Assembly (NCBI GenBank): GCA_043771685.1
Contig: JAYVGX010000034.1
Location: 11,690-75,689, forward strand
Length of the DNA stretch: 64,000 bases
Source: Minisyncoccota bacterium
Lineage (GTDB): Bacteria > Patescibacteriota > Minisyncoccia > Phycocordibacterales > UBA9973
Direction: 5' to 3'
The first letter of the stretch is position 1, and every line of letters starts with the position of its first letter. Of this stretch, positions 29,305 to 39,213 are shown one piece after another. The position numbers were made by a program, and so were the translations under genes. The notes under the pieces were generated by a model. That model searched no databases. It was not told the DNA's origin and saw only the letters and a program-made list of their open reading frames with translations.

Positions 29305-30414
29305 TTATACCTTAAATTCAATTACATCGCCATCTTTAACAATATACTCTTTGCCTTCGGTGCGAACTTTGCCTTTCAACCGTGCCTCACCATAAGAACC
29401 AGCGTCTAATAAGTCGCTCCAGAAAACTATTTCAGCTCTGATAAATTTGTCTTTAAAATCGGTATGGATGGCTTGGCCTGCAACTGGTGCGGTGCTACCT
29501 TTGGCTATTGTCCACGCGCGAGTTTCCTCGACTCCGGTTGTAAAATATGTATCGAGCCCTAGTAATTTGTAACAACCAGAAATCAGGTCATTTATACCGT
29601 CATGCTCACCACCGAGTTCACGACGAAACATTTCTTTTTCTTCACCTTCGAAGTCTTTTAGTTCGTCTTCGATTTTTGCATCGATGAGTATAAACTGTGA
29701 GCCACTTTTTAAAATGTCATCAGTAAGTTCTTTGAAATACTCTGGCTTTTCTTCATCGAGATTTTTCACTCCAGCTTTTTTATTTAGACCATAGATCATC
29801 GGCTTCATTGTTAACAAATTCAATTGTTTTACTTTCTTTAATTCTTCTTCTGTTGTTTCAACAATATTTGCCAACTTACCTTGTTCTAAAATTTGTTCGA
29901 TTCGCTTTAGAACAGTTTCTTCTATGATAGCCTCTTTGTCGCCTCTTTTTACGTCTTTTTGTAAATTGTTTATTCTCTTGGTGACAGTTTCGAAATCGGC
30001 AAGTATTAGCTCCAAGTTTATAACAGTCATATCTCGCACTGGGTCTACATTGCCGTAAACGTGAGCTATCTCGGTTGCACCGCCAGCAATCGGGAAAAGA
30101 CGCACCATGTGTAGGATGGCATCCGTTTCTCGGATATTTGAGAGGAATTTATTACCTAGGCCTTCACCTTTACTTGCACCCTCGACGAGCCCTGCGATGT
30201 CGACGAATTCTACAACGGCTGGTATCGTCCGATTGGTTTTTGAAAAGTCTGCGAGTTTATATAGTCGGTCATCAGGCACAGGAACTATACCAACAGATGG
30301 GTCGATAGTACAGAAAGGATAGTTTTCTGCTGGAACACTCTTTTTTGTAAGCGCATTGAACAATGTCGATTTACCGACATTTGGAAGACCTACGATTCCT
30401 ATAGATAGTGACAT
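29305..30414 (-). CDS. ychF: Redox-regulated ATPase YchF
   Basis: GIVGLPNVGKSTLFN, NYPFCTIDP, DIAGLV, GLGNKFL, EGKEYIVKDGD. Confidence 0.98.
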   Translation of the reverse strand: MSLSIGIVGLPNVGKSTLFNALTKKSVPAENYPFCTIDPSVGIVPVPDDRLYKLADFSKTNRTIPAVVEFVDIAGLVEGASKGEGLGNKFLSNIRETDAILHMVRLFPIAGGATEIAHVYGNVDPVRDMTVINLELILADFETVTKRINNLQKDVKRGDKEAIIEETVLKRIEQILEQGKLANIVETTEEELKKVKQLNLLTMKPMIYGLNKKAGVKNLDEEKPEYFKELTDDILKSGSQFILIDAKIEDELKDFEGEEKEMFRRELGGEHDGINDLISGCYKLLGLDTYFTTGVEETRAWTIAKGSTAPVAGQAIHTDFKDKFIRAEIVFWSDLLDAGSYGEARLKGKVRTEGKEYIVKDGDVIEFKV

Positions 30415-30508
30415 CCCAATAATATACCAAAATACAACGCAAAAGTCACATTTTAAATAAAGGTTGTATTGTATTTTTTAATTTTGTCTTGTATAATTAA
30501 ATTTTGAA

Positions 30509-31441
30509 ATGAACGAATTAAAGACACTAAAGAAAGCAAATTTCCATTTACATCTCACTGGAGCTTTAACTGCGGATGATTTAAGATATTTATCTAAAAT
30601 TACAAAGATTGATATATCCTTATTCGAACCACTGGAAAATAAGTATATATTCCAAAATAATACTATTTGGGATATAGCAAAAAAAATTATATCCACAGAA
30701 AAAGGCCTGTGCGAGGCAATTAAATTAGTCTTACAAAGAGAGGTAGATGATAATGTAATATATGTCGAAATAACAATAAATCCATTTGGTTTAATACATA
30801 GGGGTATGAAAATACCTTCTATTATTAATGGAATAAAATTAGGTTGTGCTTTTGGAGAAACTATAGGAATAAAATGTAAGATTAAATTTGGAATTAATAG
30901 AAAAGATGGAATTGAATCTGTTCAAGCAGTAAATGAAGTGTTCAACGCTTGTCCTGAAGATTTACGACTTTGCATTGATCTTAATGGCAATGAAAGAAAG
31001 TACCCAACAATATTATTTTTAAATGATTTTAAAAAGCTTATAGCTAACAAAATACCTGTAAGTTTACATGTAGGAGAATTTATAGGATTAAACCATTCTC
31101 TATTAAATACTGTCAACATCAAACCAAAAAGAATAGCCCATGCAGTAGCATTCCAAGATCACCCAAAAATATTGAATAAAATTTTAAAAAATAAAATACT
31201 AATAGAATTATCCCCTATCTCAAATAATAAAACTGGATCAATAAAAAATATTCAGGATCACCCAATCAAGGAATTAATCCGAAAAAATGTTCTCATAGGT
31301 ATAGGAAGCGATGACCCTGCTTTCTTTAAATCCTCAATGACACTAGAACTTGAAGCGATTCATTTAATGGGAATACCAATCGCTAAAATTATTGAAGTAA
31401 ACAATAAAAGCCTAGAAATAGCTGGTATTCAGCTATTATGA
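30509..31441 (+). CDS. Adenosine/AMP deaminase family amidohydrolase
   Basis: HLHLTG, LHVGE, RIAHA, ELSPISN, GSDDP metal and catalytic motifs. Confidence 0.9.
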   Translation: MNELKTLKKANFHLHLTGALTADDLRYLSKITKIDISLFEPLENKYIFQNNTIWDIAKKIISTEKGLCEAIKLVLQREVDDNVIYVEITINPFGLIHRGMKIPSIINGIKLGCAFGETIGIKCKIKFGINRKDGIESVQAVNEVFNACPEDLRLCIDLNGNERKYPTILFLNDFKKLIANKIPVSLHVGEFIGLNHSLLNTVNIKPKRIAHAVAFQDHPKILNKILKNKILIELSPISNNKTGSIKNIQDHPIKELIRKNVLIGIGSDDPAFFKSSMTLELEAIHLMGIPIAKIIEVNNKSLEIAGIQLL

Positions 31442-32167
31442 TTTTTTAAAATCATAATATACTTTTGAGTCTAATTCGTTTAAAAAATTTAAAACTTTAT
31501 TTTTGACTTTCAAAGAAGAAAGCCCACTACCATAATTTTTCATTTTTAATTTTAATAGTTCCTTTGCTTTAATTTTTAAATTTAAGTTTCTATCAAATAC
31601 ATCACATATATCATCCCTATTCTTAGGAAGAATGTCATAAAAAGCAAGTGCATAAATAGTACTACTTAAAGAAAGTTTCAATAGTCTTCTTTTAAGAATG
31701 TCTTCATCTAAAGAAGAAATCATAAGCTTTCGTGCATTGTACTTTAATGAGTTTATTACTTTTATACATTCTTCCTTGAGTTCATAATCAGAAAAAATAT
31801 TATCATCAAATAATTTTTTTCCATATATCAATTTACCATACATTAGAATCTCCTTTTGAATAAAAACAGCTCTATTATTATGCCAAAATAATTTATCTCG
31901 TGTACCAATCATTTCATCAACAGTATGAATACTAATATCCAATTTTATTCCGTTATTTTTGTATTTTTGATTTAGCGTTTTTATAAATTCCAAATTATTA
32001 ACACTTAATTTTTTTTCAAAAACAATAATAAGATCGATATCACTCAGGCTTCCGAAAGCTTTATATAGAGTACTTCCATATACATATATAGAAACGATAT
32101 TGTGAAGAGAATTAAGTAAATCTGTCTTTAGAAGGTCTAGTATTTTAATTCTTTGTTTGATATTCAT
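31436..32167 (-). CDS. Pol-beta-family nucleotidyltransferase with a helical C-terminal domain
   Basis: YVYGS...SDIDLIIV, third acidic residue in KLDIS. Confidence 0.85.
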   Translation of the reverse strand: MNIKQRIKILDLLKTDLLNSLHNIVSIYVYGSTLYKAFGSLSDIDLIIVFEKKLSVNNLEFIKTLNQKYKNNGIKLDISIHTVDEMIGTRDKLFWHNNRAVFIQKEILMYGKLIYGKKLFDDNIFSDYELKEECIKVINSLKYNARKLMISSLDEDILKRRLLKLSLSSTIYALAFYDILPKNRDDICDVFDRNLNLKIKAKELLKLKMKNYGSGLSSLKVKNKVLNFLNELDSKVYYDFKKS

Positions 32168-32172
32168 AATAT

Positions 32173-32622
32173 CTATATCAAATTATCTTTAATTGCTTTC
32201 AAAATCATTGGCTTGGCAATAGGAGATATTTTTACATTATCCAAATCTTGGATATCTACAAATTGAGATCCTAAAGAATCTTCTCCGTCGGCACCAATCT
32301 TAATATCATCAGAAAAAAGTGATACTAGAAAATACGTTCCCGTATGATGAAAGTTGAGTAGAACTTCTTTCGCAGTTTTATATTCACAAAAATATTCATT
32401 CATACTCAAAAAATTCAAATCTTTAATTTCACAACCAACTTCTTCGATAAATTCTCTCCTTAATGCCTGTTCTAGAGTTTCATTTTTTTCTATCTTACCT
32501 CCAGGCAGATCAAACATTCCTTCATAAGGGCCTCTACTTTTTTTTATAAGTAACACCTTTAAATTTTTTATATAAATTCCATACACTCCCACATGTGCCC
32601 ACAATTCTAGTTCTTTATTCAT
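32173..32622 (-). CDS. NUDIX hydrolase
   Basis: GGKIEKNETLEQALRREFIEEVG Nudix box; start MNKELE overlaps the GT stop. Confidence 0.93.
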   Translation of the reverse strand: MNKELELWAHVGVYGIYIKNLKVLLIKKSRGPYEGMFDLPGGKIEKNETLEQALRREFIEEVGCEIKDLNFLSMNEYFCEYKTAKEVLLNFHHTGTYFLVSLFSDDIKIGADGEDSLGSQFVDIQDLDNVKISPIAKPMILKAIKDNLI

Positions 32623-33697
32623 ATTTTTGAAAATTAGTTTTAATACTCTCTTTTGCAATTCTTGTCAAATTTGTAATTGTATTTTTAGCCAAGAAAGAAA
32701 TTCTATCTTGCTCCTTATCATCAAGCAACTGAACTTTAAAAATACAGTTAATGAATTCAAGTTGATTATTGTACAAAAAACCATTATTATTATTAAAAAT
32801 TAAATCCATATGCCCCTCTACATTTGAAACTATCGGAATCACCCCTGCTTGCATTGCTTCTATTAAAGAAAATGGTAACCCCTCTATTACGCTATTTGAA
32901 ACAAAGAACTTAGAAACCAATAAGTAAGACATAACTTCTTCTGGAGATATTCTTCCTAAGAAATTAACAGTTGGATATTTTTTTCTAAGCTTCGTCAACT
33001 CCCTGCCATCACCTATCATAATTATTTTATCTAACATATTTAGGATTTTAAAAATGTCCAACAGTTGATAGACCCCTTTATCCCTAACCATCCTTCCAAC
33101 ATAGATAAATTCATATTTTTTTTTCTTCTCAAACGAGGCAACCTCTATAACTTTAAAATTTGGACATAAAATAATTTTTTCTGGTGGTACTTTGTATTTT
33201 TTATTTAATAAATAACATTCTGATGGTCCGCATGCTAAATAATAATCTGTATTCTTGTATAATAGTTTTTCAAAAAGAAATTCTATAAGTTGATGGAATC
33301 TTTTCTTACGTTTAATACCTATACACTGTGGGGCATGGTAGTAATTTTTAATTAATTTTCTGTTGTACAAAAAACGACATATTTTCCCTGAATATTCTGT
33401 AAAACTAATTACAATATCGGGTTTATTATTCTTAAAAAACCTCCCAAGATAAAAAACATCGGACAAAATATAATGAAGTTTTCGGCGAAGTGGTAAATGA
33501 ATAATTTTACCGTATTTTATTAAAATTTGCTCATGCTCAATTTGCTGTTCTCCGTATCTATTTCTACTTTTTTCTGGAAAAATAAAATTCAATTCAAATC
33601 CCAAATTTTTTAATTCTGGCGATAAAACAAGAATCGCCTGAAAAATACCAACATATGGACATTCAGTTATTATAAAAATCTTATTTTTCTTCTTCAT
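32615..33697 (-). CDS. GT4-family glycosyltransferase
   Basis: YVGRMVRDKG, EGLPFSLIEAMQAG. Confidence 0.92.
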   Translation of the reverse strand: MKKKNKIFIITECPYVGIFQAILVLSPELKNLGFELNFIFPEKSRNRYGEQQIEHEQILIKYGKIIHLPLRRKLHYILSDVFYLGRFFKNNKPDIVISFTEYSGKICRFLYNRKLIKNYYHAPQCIGIKRKKRFHQLIEFLFEKLLYKNTDYYLACGPSECYLLNKKYKVPPEKIILCPNFKVIEVASFEKKKKYEFIYVGRMVRDKGVYQLLDIFKILNMLDKIIMIGDGRELTKLRKKYPTVNFLGRISPEEVMSYLLVSKFFVSNSVIEGLPFSLIEAMQAGVIPIVSNVEGHMDLIFNNNNGFLYNNQLEFINCIFKVQLLDDKEQDRISFLAKNTITNLTRIAKESIKTNFQKYE

Positions 33698-34502
33698 ATA
33701 GTGAAAAAATATATGCTAAATCTTTTTGAACTTCTAATTCATAGCCTTCGGGTTTTCTTTTCACAAAAGCAGCGCAATGTTCTAGTGGAATAATTGGAAG
33801 AAATATTGATATTTTCTTTTCTAATTCATCTTTAGAAATTTTTGTGTTATGAGCATATTTATCTACTATTTCTCTTAATACGAGACCCTTATCCATTCCA
33901 TGCTGCACAACACAATCATAAATTAGTTTGGCTAAATCTTGAGCTGGATCACTAATATTTGAATACTCCCAATCTATTAAACTCGGTTTTCCTTCTTCTG
34001 GAACAAGAAGATGCCTTAATCTTAAATCTCTATGAACTATAGAGAAATATTTTGTTGCGAGCTTGTCAATTTTTGCAAGTATCCACTCAGAAACTTCCCT
34101 GTCTAAATCAAAACTCCCACTTACCGTTTCTATTCTATCTCCGGTAAATTTTCTTACATACGAATTATATTCACTAGCTTTTGTTCTAGTTCTTAAAACT
34201 GGTTGATCAGTTTTAATTAGTGAATGTAGCTCAGAAGCACTCTCTATTAAATAAGCAAGAACTTCTTCTTTTGTAGGTTGTTTTTTTACATCAACATATT
34301 CCATTTTTATATAACCCTCATCAACAGATGCTGATTTAACTTCTGGAACCCTAAAAGAGTCTAAAGACGTAAATAAAGTATTTGTCAGCCAACTTATTTC
34401 ATTTCTCATCTCATAACTATTAGGAATATGAGCTTTAATTAAATAAACTAATCCATTTTCTTCAACTCGTCTTGTCTCATGCCATTGTTTAAAATTTTCC
34501 AT
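33681..34502 (-). CDS. Aminoglycoside phosphotransferase/choline kinase-family protein
   Basis: YLIK, IKMEYV, IVHRDL (Brenner motif), LIDWE, DPAQDLA. Start at MENFKQ. Confidence 0.85.
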   Translation of the reverse strand: MENFKQWHETRRVEENGLVYLIKAHIPNSYEMRNEISWLTNTLFTSLDSFRVPEVKSASVDEGYIKMEYVDVKKQPTKEEVLAYLIESASELHSLIKTDQPVLRTRTKASEYNSYVRKFTGDRIETVSGSFDLDREVSEWILAKIDKLATKYFSIVHRDLRLRHLLVPEEGKPSLIDWEYSNISDPAQDLAKLIYDCVVQHGMDKGLVLREIVDKYAHNTKISKDELEKKISIFLPIIPLEHCAAFVKRKPEGYELEVQKDLAYIFSLYEEEK

Positions 34503-34809
34503 ATCTAGTATAGATATTAACACAAAAATATAATCGTGTAAATATGTTGTACTGTTAACCATATGAGGTGATATCCGAATATATTCAACCCCTTGGAATT
34601 ACCTGAAATTATTTAAGGCTAAAGGTATAATTGAAAGCTCTTATCTTTTACGGAATATTTTTTAAACCCATAATCTACGGCTCTTTGCAATGGAGACGGA
34701 ATCTTTATAGTAAAGGAGAATGGAATAGAATGTCGAGGTACATCTTGACTGTACCTATAAATAGTGACATCAGTCTAATATATCAGAAATAAAGGGTTTT
34801 TCAAAATAC

Positions 34810-35790
34810 CTACTTTAACATCTGAGTTACGAGCGCAGTCATTTGGTCTTTTTTGTTTGGATTACTTTCAGCGATGAGCAATGTAAGCGCGGTCAAGCTG
34901 GCAGGGTTAATATTGCGAGATTTTTTAGCACGGGCTTTACGTAAAAACCAAATAAATGAAAAAGCTCCGGAACGCTTGTTCCCGTCTACATACGGATGAT
35001 TTTTGACCATAAAATAAAGTAAGTGTGATGCCTTTTCTTCGATACTTGGATACACATCTTTACCACCAAATGATTGCATAACATTACCTACGATACCTTC
35101 GACGCTTCCAGTATTTCTTTCTTGTGCAAAGATATCGGTAGCTTCATCTTTTCTCAAAAGTTCATTTCGAAAGCTTGAAATAGCTTGGGTTAATTCTTCC
35201 CCATTTAGTTTAACTGATTTTTTAGTTGTACCGATACTTTCTAAATTGTCGTGGTCATATGCATCCAGTGATACCCACGTAGATGAGAATTCTTTCACTA
35301 ATTCTAGTATTGCCTTTGGATCGAGAGTGACGTGTTCAGGTAGTAGATTCTGAATATCGCCTACTGCTTTCATAAAAGAATCATAATTCTTTCCAATCTG
35401 CTTGCGGTTTATTGTGTAGCCTTTGGTGATATGTTCTTTCAATGTTTTAGTAGCCCAGATGCGAAACTGAGTACCTATTACAGAGTTAATCCTATATCCA
35501 GTAGCGATAATCAAGTCTAAATTATATAATTTTACAGTTCTTTTGATTTCTCTTGAGCCCTCAATTTGAACTTGTAAGGATTCCTTACAAGTTGCTTTAC
35601 TACTTAATTCTCCATCCTTATAAATATTATTAATATGCAAAGTTATGTTTTGCGGAGTAACATCAAACATTTGAGCTATCTGCGCCTGCGTAGCCCAAAG
35701 TGTCTCGTGCGAAAAATCCCCACGGAGCTCGAGTGCCCCATTTTTAGCTTGATAGATTATCAACTCTTTATTTTTTGTAATCTTTTTCAT
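34810..35790 (-). CDS. RhuM/Fic-Doc fusion protein
   Basis: LWATQAQIAQMF, YNLDLIIATGYRINS (RhuM N-terminus); intact Fic motif HPYVDGNKRSG. Confidence 0.9.
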   Translation of the reverse strand: MKKITKNKELIIYQAKNGALELRGDFSHETLWATQAQIAQMFDVTPQNITLHINNIYKDGELSSKATCKESLQVQIEGSREIKRTVKLYNLDLIIATGYRINSVIGTQFRIWATKTLKEHITKGYTINRKQIGKNYDSFMKAVGDIQNLLPEHVTLDPKAILELVKEFSSTWVSLDAYDHDNLESIGTTKKSVKLNGEELTQAISSFRNELLRKDEATDIFAQERNTGSVEGIVGNVMQSFGGKDVYPSIEEKASHLLYFMVKNHPYVDGNKRSGAFSFIWFLRKARAKKSRNINPASLTALTLLIAESNPNKKDQMTALVTQMLK

Positions 35791-35891
35791 AAATTTACTT
35801 ATCCCACAGTGAGCATCTTTCCGTGTAGTCAGCTTGCTCTACTACTGCAATTATACCATTTTTGTTATCGTAAATCACTACGGATAATAAA

Positions 35892-36173
35892 CTATTGGTT
35901 AACTTTAACTACGAGTCCTATGCTTGCTAACATATCTGCAACTCTTTCACAACTTTCCTTATCTCCTTCGTAAACTTTAGCGCTACCGAATTGATCTACC
36001 ACATATGCATAATGAGATGCTGTGTCACTTGAACATCCGATAGCACACATTAGTTGTTCTATCACATCATCAAAAGTATGACAATTACAATTAAAAAGAA
36101 TCACATTCCAGATCAATTCTGGTTTTATCGAGGTTATTGTTTTTAGATTAATTTTAGTTATCGTTTCAGACAT
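35892..36173 (-). CDS. ClpS-like Clp protease adaptor
   Basis: WNVILFNCNCHTFDDVIEQL...VDQFGSAKVY...CE pattern. Confidence 0.8.
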   Translation of the reverse strand: MSETITKINLKTITSIKPELIWNVILFNCNCHTFDDVIEQLMCAIGCSSDTASHYAYVVDQFGSAKVYEGDKESCERVADMLASIGLVVKVNQ

Positions 36174-36176
36174 ACA

Positions 36177-39100
36177 CTATGCGGGTTGAAATTCTCTATA
36201 AACACGGACTGTTTCCATATAAATAGATTCTATTAAGCGTTCTGTCTGCATTACTTCGGTGATTCCTTTTTGAATCAAAAGAAGTCTTACATTCTGACGA
36301 ATACGAGCTTTGATGGTTTCGTTGTTTGTCCAATCAATAGTTAAGTCTCTACGAATACGCTTCGTAAGTTCCTTAACAAAGTCTTTTATATCTATTCCTG
36401 ACTTTTTAAGATCAGGGTCTGTTTGTAAGGTGTCGTAGAAAGTTATCTCTTCAGGTGAAAGTCCGAGCGAATGGCTTTCTTCATCAAGTTTCTTGATTTC
36501 ATCTGCAATCCCAAGGAGTTGTTTAATTACCTCCGCTGAACTAATAATATTATTCTCATACTTCTCAATAACTTTTTTTAGTAAATCAAGCATAGTCTCG
36601 TAACGAGCTTTATTATTTTTTGAACGAGCTTTAATTTCAGTTTCCAGCAATTTTCTTGTTGCGTCTATAGCAAAATTTTTGAATTTTACATTTTTTATTT
36701 CTTCCTCAAATTTTTTATCAAAAATTGATATTTGTTTTGTATTTTTACCTTCACCAAACAAATTAATAACCCCTTCTGCTTGCATAGATTGATCAAGTAA
36801 ATTTCTTATCGCACTCTCAGCCTCTTCAGGGAAAATGGTTCCAGGAATATAACCTATTTTTTTAATATATTCTTTTATCGCTTGGTAGAAAGTAATATTT
36901 GATGAAAATACCAAAGCTTTTTCGTCAGGCATAATTGATGCGTGAAGTTTCGAAATAAGTGAGACAAGTTCAAAATATTTCATTTTTCTATCATCTGATA
37001 AAACAGAATTATTTGAGATAACACATTCACTTGCTTCTTGTAAAAGTAGAGAAAGTTCCTGACCACTTTTTTGTTTATATGAATTAAAATTTAGATTACC
37101 AAAATAACCTTTTATCTTTTCATCAAGTTCTTGTATTTTTTGAACAACATCGTCAACTTGAATAATCGCATTCTGATCAATCTTTCCATCATACATCGAT
37201 AGTGCTTTCTTTAAATTTTCTGCAAGTCCAATATAATCCACGATCAATCCAGCTGGCTTATCTTTATGTACTCTGTTTACACGAGCAATTGCCTGCATGA
37301 GACCATGATTCTTTAATGGTTTATCAAAATACATTGTATGTACGCTTGGTACATCAAAGCCGGTAAGCCACATATCACAAACTATAACAAGACGTAATGA
37401 GTCTTTATTGCTTTTAAATCTCTTTTCAAGATTTTTAGTATTACGTTCTTTTTGCATAGAATCTTTATACTCATCGCTATTTGAAATTACCACAGCACAC
37501 TCTGGGGCATCCTTAATTTTTTGTATTTCTTGATATAAAGATACCGCAATTCTACGACTCATAGTTACAATCATACCCTTGCCTTCAATTGGTCTTTGAT
37601 TAAAATGCTGTACAATATCTTTTGCAATTTGTTCAATGCGACTCTGCGTACCAACAACTTTTTCAAGAACAGTCCATTCTTTTTGAATTTTTGTTTTTTC
37701 CTCTATAACAATATCACCAAGAAGTTCATCAAATAATGAATTTATGTCTTCTTTTGCAATACCGAGTGGTACGAGTCGTGCTTCATAAATAATATCGACG
37801 GTAGCACCATCTTTAACTGCTTCACTTAATTTATATTCACTAACAATATTACCGAAGACTCGCTGTGTATTCTGACCATCTTCTTTCGCAACAGGTGTAC
37901 CAGTAACAGCCAAGAAACTTGCTTGGGGTAATGCTTTTCGTACGTTTCCAGCAAGTCCGCTATATTGTGTACGGTGAGCTTCGTCAGCAAGAACAATAAT
38001 ATTTTCTCTTTGTGAGAAATAACTAAATTCTTCTTTATAGTCTTGAAATTTTTGAATTGTTGAAAAAATAAGCCTACTAATTCCATTATCAAGTTGCTTA
38101 ATCTGGTCACGTAAATCAAGAATACTTCCTGCTCGATGAGATACATCCTTGTACCCAACTCGTGCGAAAAGTTTTGAAAGCTGGTCATCAAGGTCTTCAC
38201 GATCAGTCAAAAATAGATATGCAGGACTTTTAAGTTCCTCAATGTTCTTAGTCTTATTCACATAGAAAACCATAGAGAGTGATTTGCCAGATCCTTGTGT
38301 GTGCCAAAAAACCCCAATCTTATGATCTTGTTCTCCACGCACTGCACGGAGTGTACTTTCAACCGTTGTATTTACTCCATAGTACTGATGGTACAAACAC
38401 ATCTTTTTTGTAAATGTTACCGCTTCACCATCTCCATCTGCTTCAAAAACAAAGAAGTTTTGCAAAACATCCAACAGTCGTGTTCGATCAAATAATCCTT
38501 TAGCTAGTACTTCTAGTTGATTAGTATTCTTTGGTGCGTCAGTAGGGGTTGTAATACCTTTCCATGTTCCATATCTTTCCCATGAAGATGAAATGGTTCC
38601 GTGTCGCGCGTTAATAAGATCGGAAAGACCGATAACTTGATTATATAAAAATAGTTTTGGTATTTCTTTCTTATATCTTTCTACTTGTCTGTATGCTTCA
38701 CCAATTGTAGCTCCACCGTGTACAGCGCTCTTTAATTCAAAAAGACCGATAGGTAATCCATTAATGAAAACAACTACATCAAGACGACAAGTAGAATCTA
38801 TTCCCTGAACTGTAAACTGTCTTACGGCTAAAAACTCATTTGAATCTGGATTATTAAAATCAACAAGTTTTACTAGGTCAGTTTTTTCTTCTTCGTTTCC
38901 ACGCCAAGAAGTTTTCTTGCCATTCACAAGCCATGAGTAAAATTCTTTATTACCAAGCATTAGATCATTGTGATGATAATCTGCAATATCTTTTACCACC
39001 ATTTCTGCTTGCTCTGCAGGAAGTGATGGGTTGATTCTACGAATAGCACCAAGGAGTCTGTCTTTCAAAACAACACCTCGAAAATCCTCACGCTCTGCAC

Positions 39101-39209
39101 GAGGTTGCCCAGGATTTATGTCTGGGCCATATACATACTCATAACCCTGACCTTGTAGCCATTCGATGAGAGATTGTTCTGTTAAGTTGTTTTCGTTTAG
39201 TGTGTTCAT
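36177..39209 (-). CDS. hsdR: Type I restriction enzyme R subunit
   Basis: DVVVFINGLPIGLFELK, WHTQGSGKS, DEAHR, TGTP, DMWLTGFD, QAIARVNR. Confidence 0.97.
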   Translation of the reverse strand: MNTLNENNLTEQSLIEWLQGQGYEYVYGPDINPGQPRAEREDFRGVVLKDRLLGAIRRINPSLPAEQAEMVVKDIADYHHNDLMLGNKEFYSWLVNGKKTSWRGNEEEKTDLVKLVDFNNPDSNEFLAVRQFTVQGIDSTCRLDVVVFINGLPIGLFELKSAVHGGATIGEAYRQVERYKKEIPKLFLYNQVIGLSDLINARHGTISSSWERYGTWKGITTPTDAPKNTNQLEVLAKGLFDRTRLLDVLQNFFVFEADGDGEAVTFTKKMCLYHQYYGVNTTVESTLRAVRGEQDHKIGVFWHTQGSGKSLSMVFYVNKTKNIEELKSPAYLFLTDREDLDDQLSKLFARVGYKDVSHRAGSILDLRDQIKQLDNGISRLIFSTIQKFQDYKEEFSYFSQRENIIVLADEAHRTQYSGLAGNVRKALPQASFLAVTGTPVAKEDGQNTQRVFGNIVSEYKLSEAVKDGATVDIIYEARLVPLGIAKEDINSLFDELLGDIVIEEKTKIQKEWTVLEKVVGTQSRIEQIAKDIVQHFNQRPIEGKGMIVTMSRRIAVSLYQEIQKIKDAPECAVVISNSDEYKDSMQKERNTKNLEKRFKSNKDSLRLVIVCDMWLTGFDVPSVHTMYFDKPLKNHGLMQAIARVNRVHKDKPAGLIVDYIGLAENLKKALSMYDGKIDQNAIIQVDDVVQKIQELDEKIKGYFGNLNFNSYKQKSGQELSLLLQEASECVISNNSVLSDDRKMKYFELVSLISKLHASIMPDEKALVFSSNITFYQAIKEYIKKIGYIPGTIFPEEAESAIRNLLDQSMQAEGVINLFGEGKNTKQISIFDKKFEEEIKNVKFKNFAIDATRKLLETEIKARSKNNKARYETMLDLLKKVIEKYENNIISSAEVIKQLLGIADEIKKLDEESHSLGLSPEEITFYDTLQTDPDLKKSGIDIKDFVKELTKRIRRDLTIDWTNNETIKARIRQNVRLLLIQKGITEVMQTERLIESIYMETVRVYREFQPA

Positions 39210-39213
39210 AAAT

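Larger units (their letters stand above)
30398..34791. mobile_element. Genomic islet bounded by imperfect direct repeats of the ychF 5' end
   Basis: cctatagatagtgacatcccaataatataccaaaata (30398-30434) versus cctataaatagtgacatcagtctaatatatcagaaata (34754-34791); no integrase inside. Confidence 0.7.
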
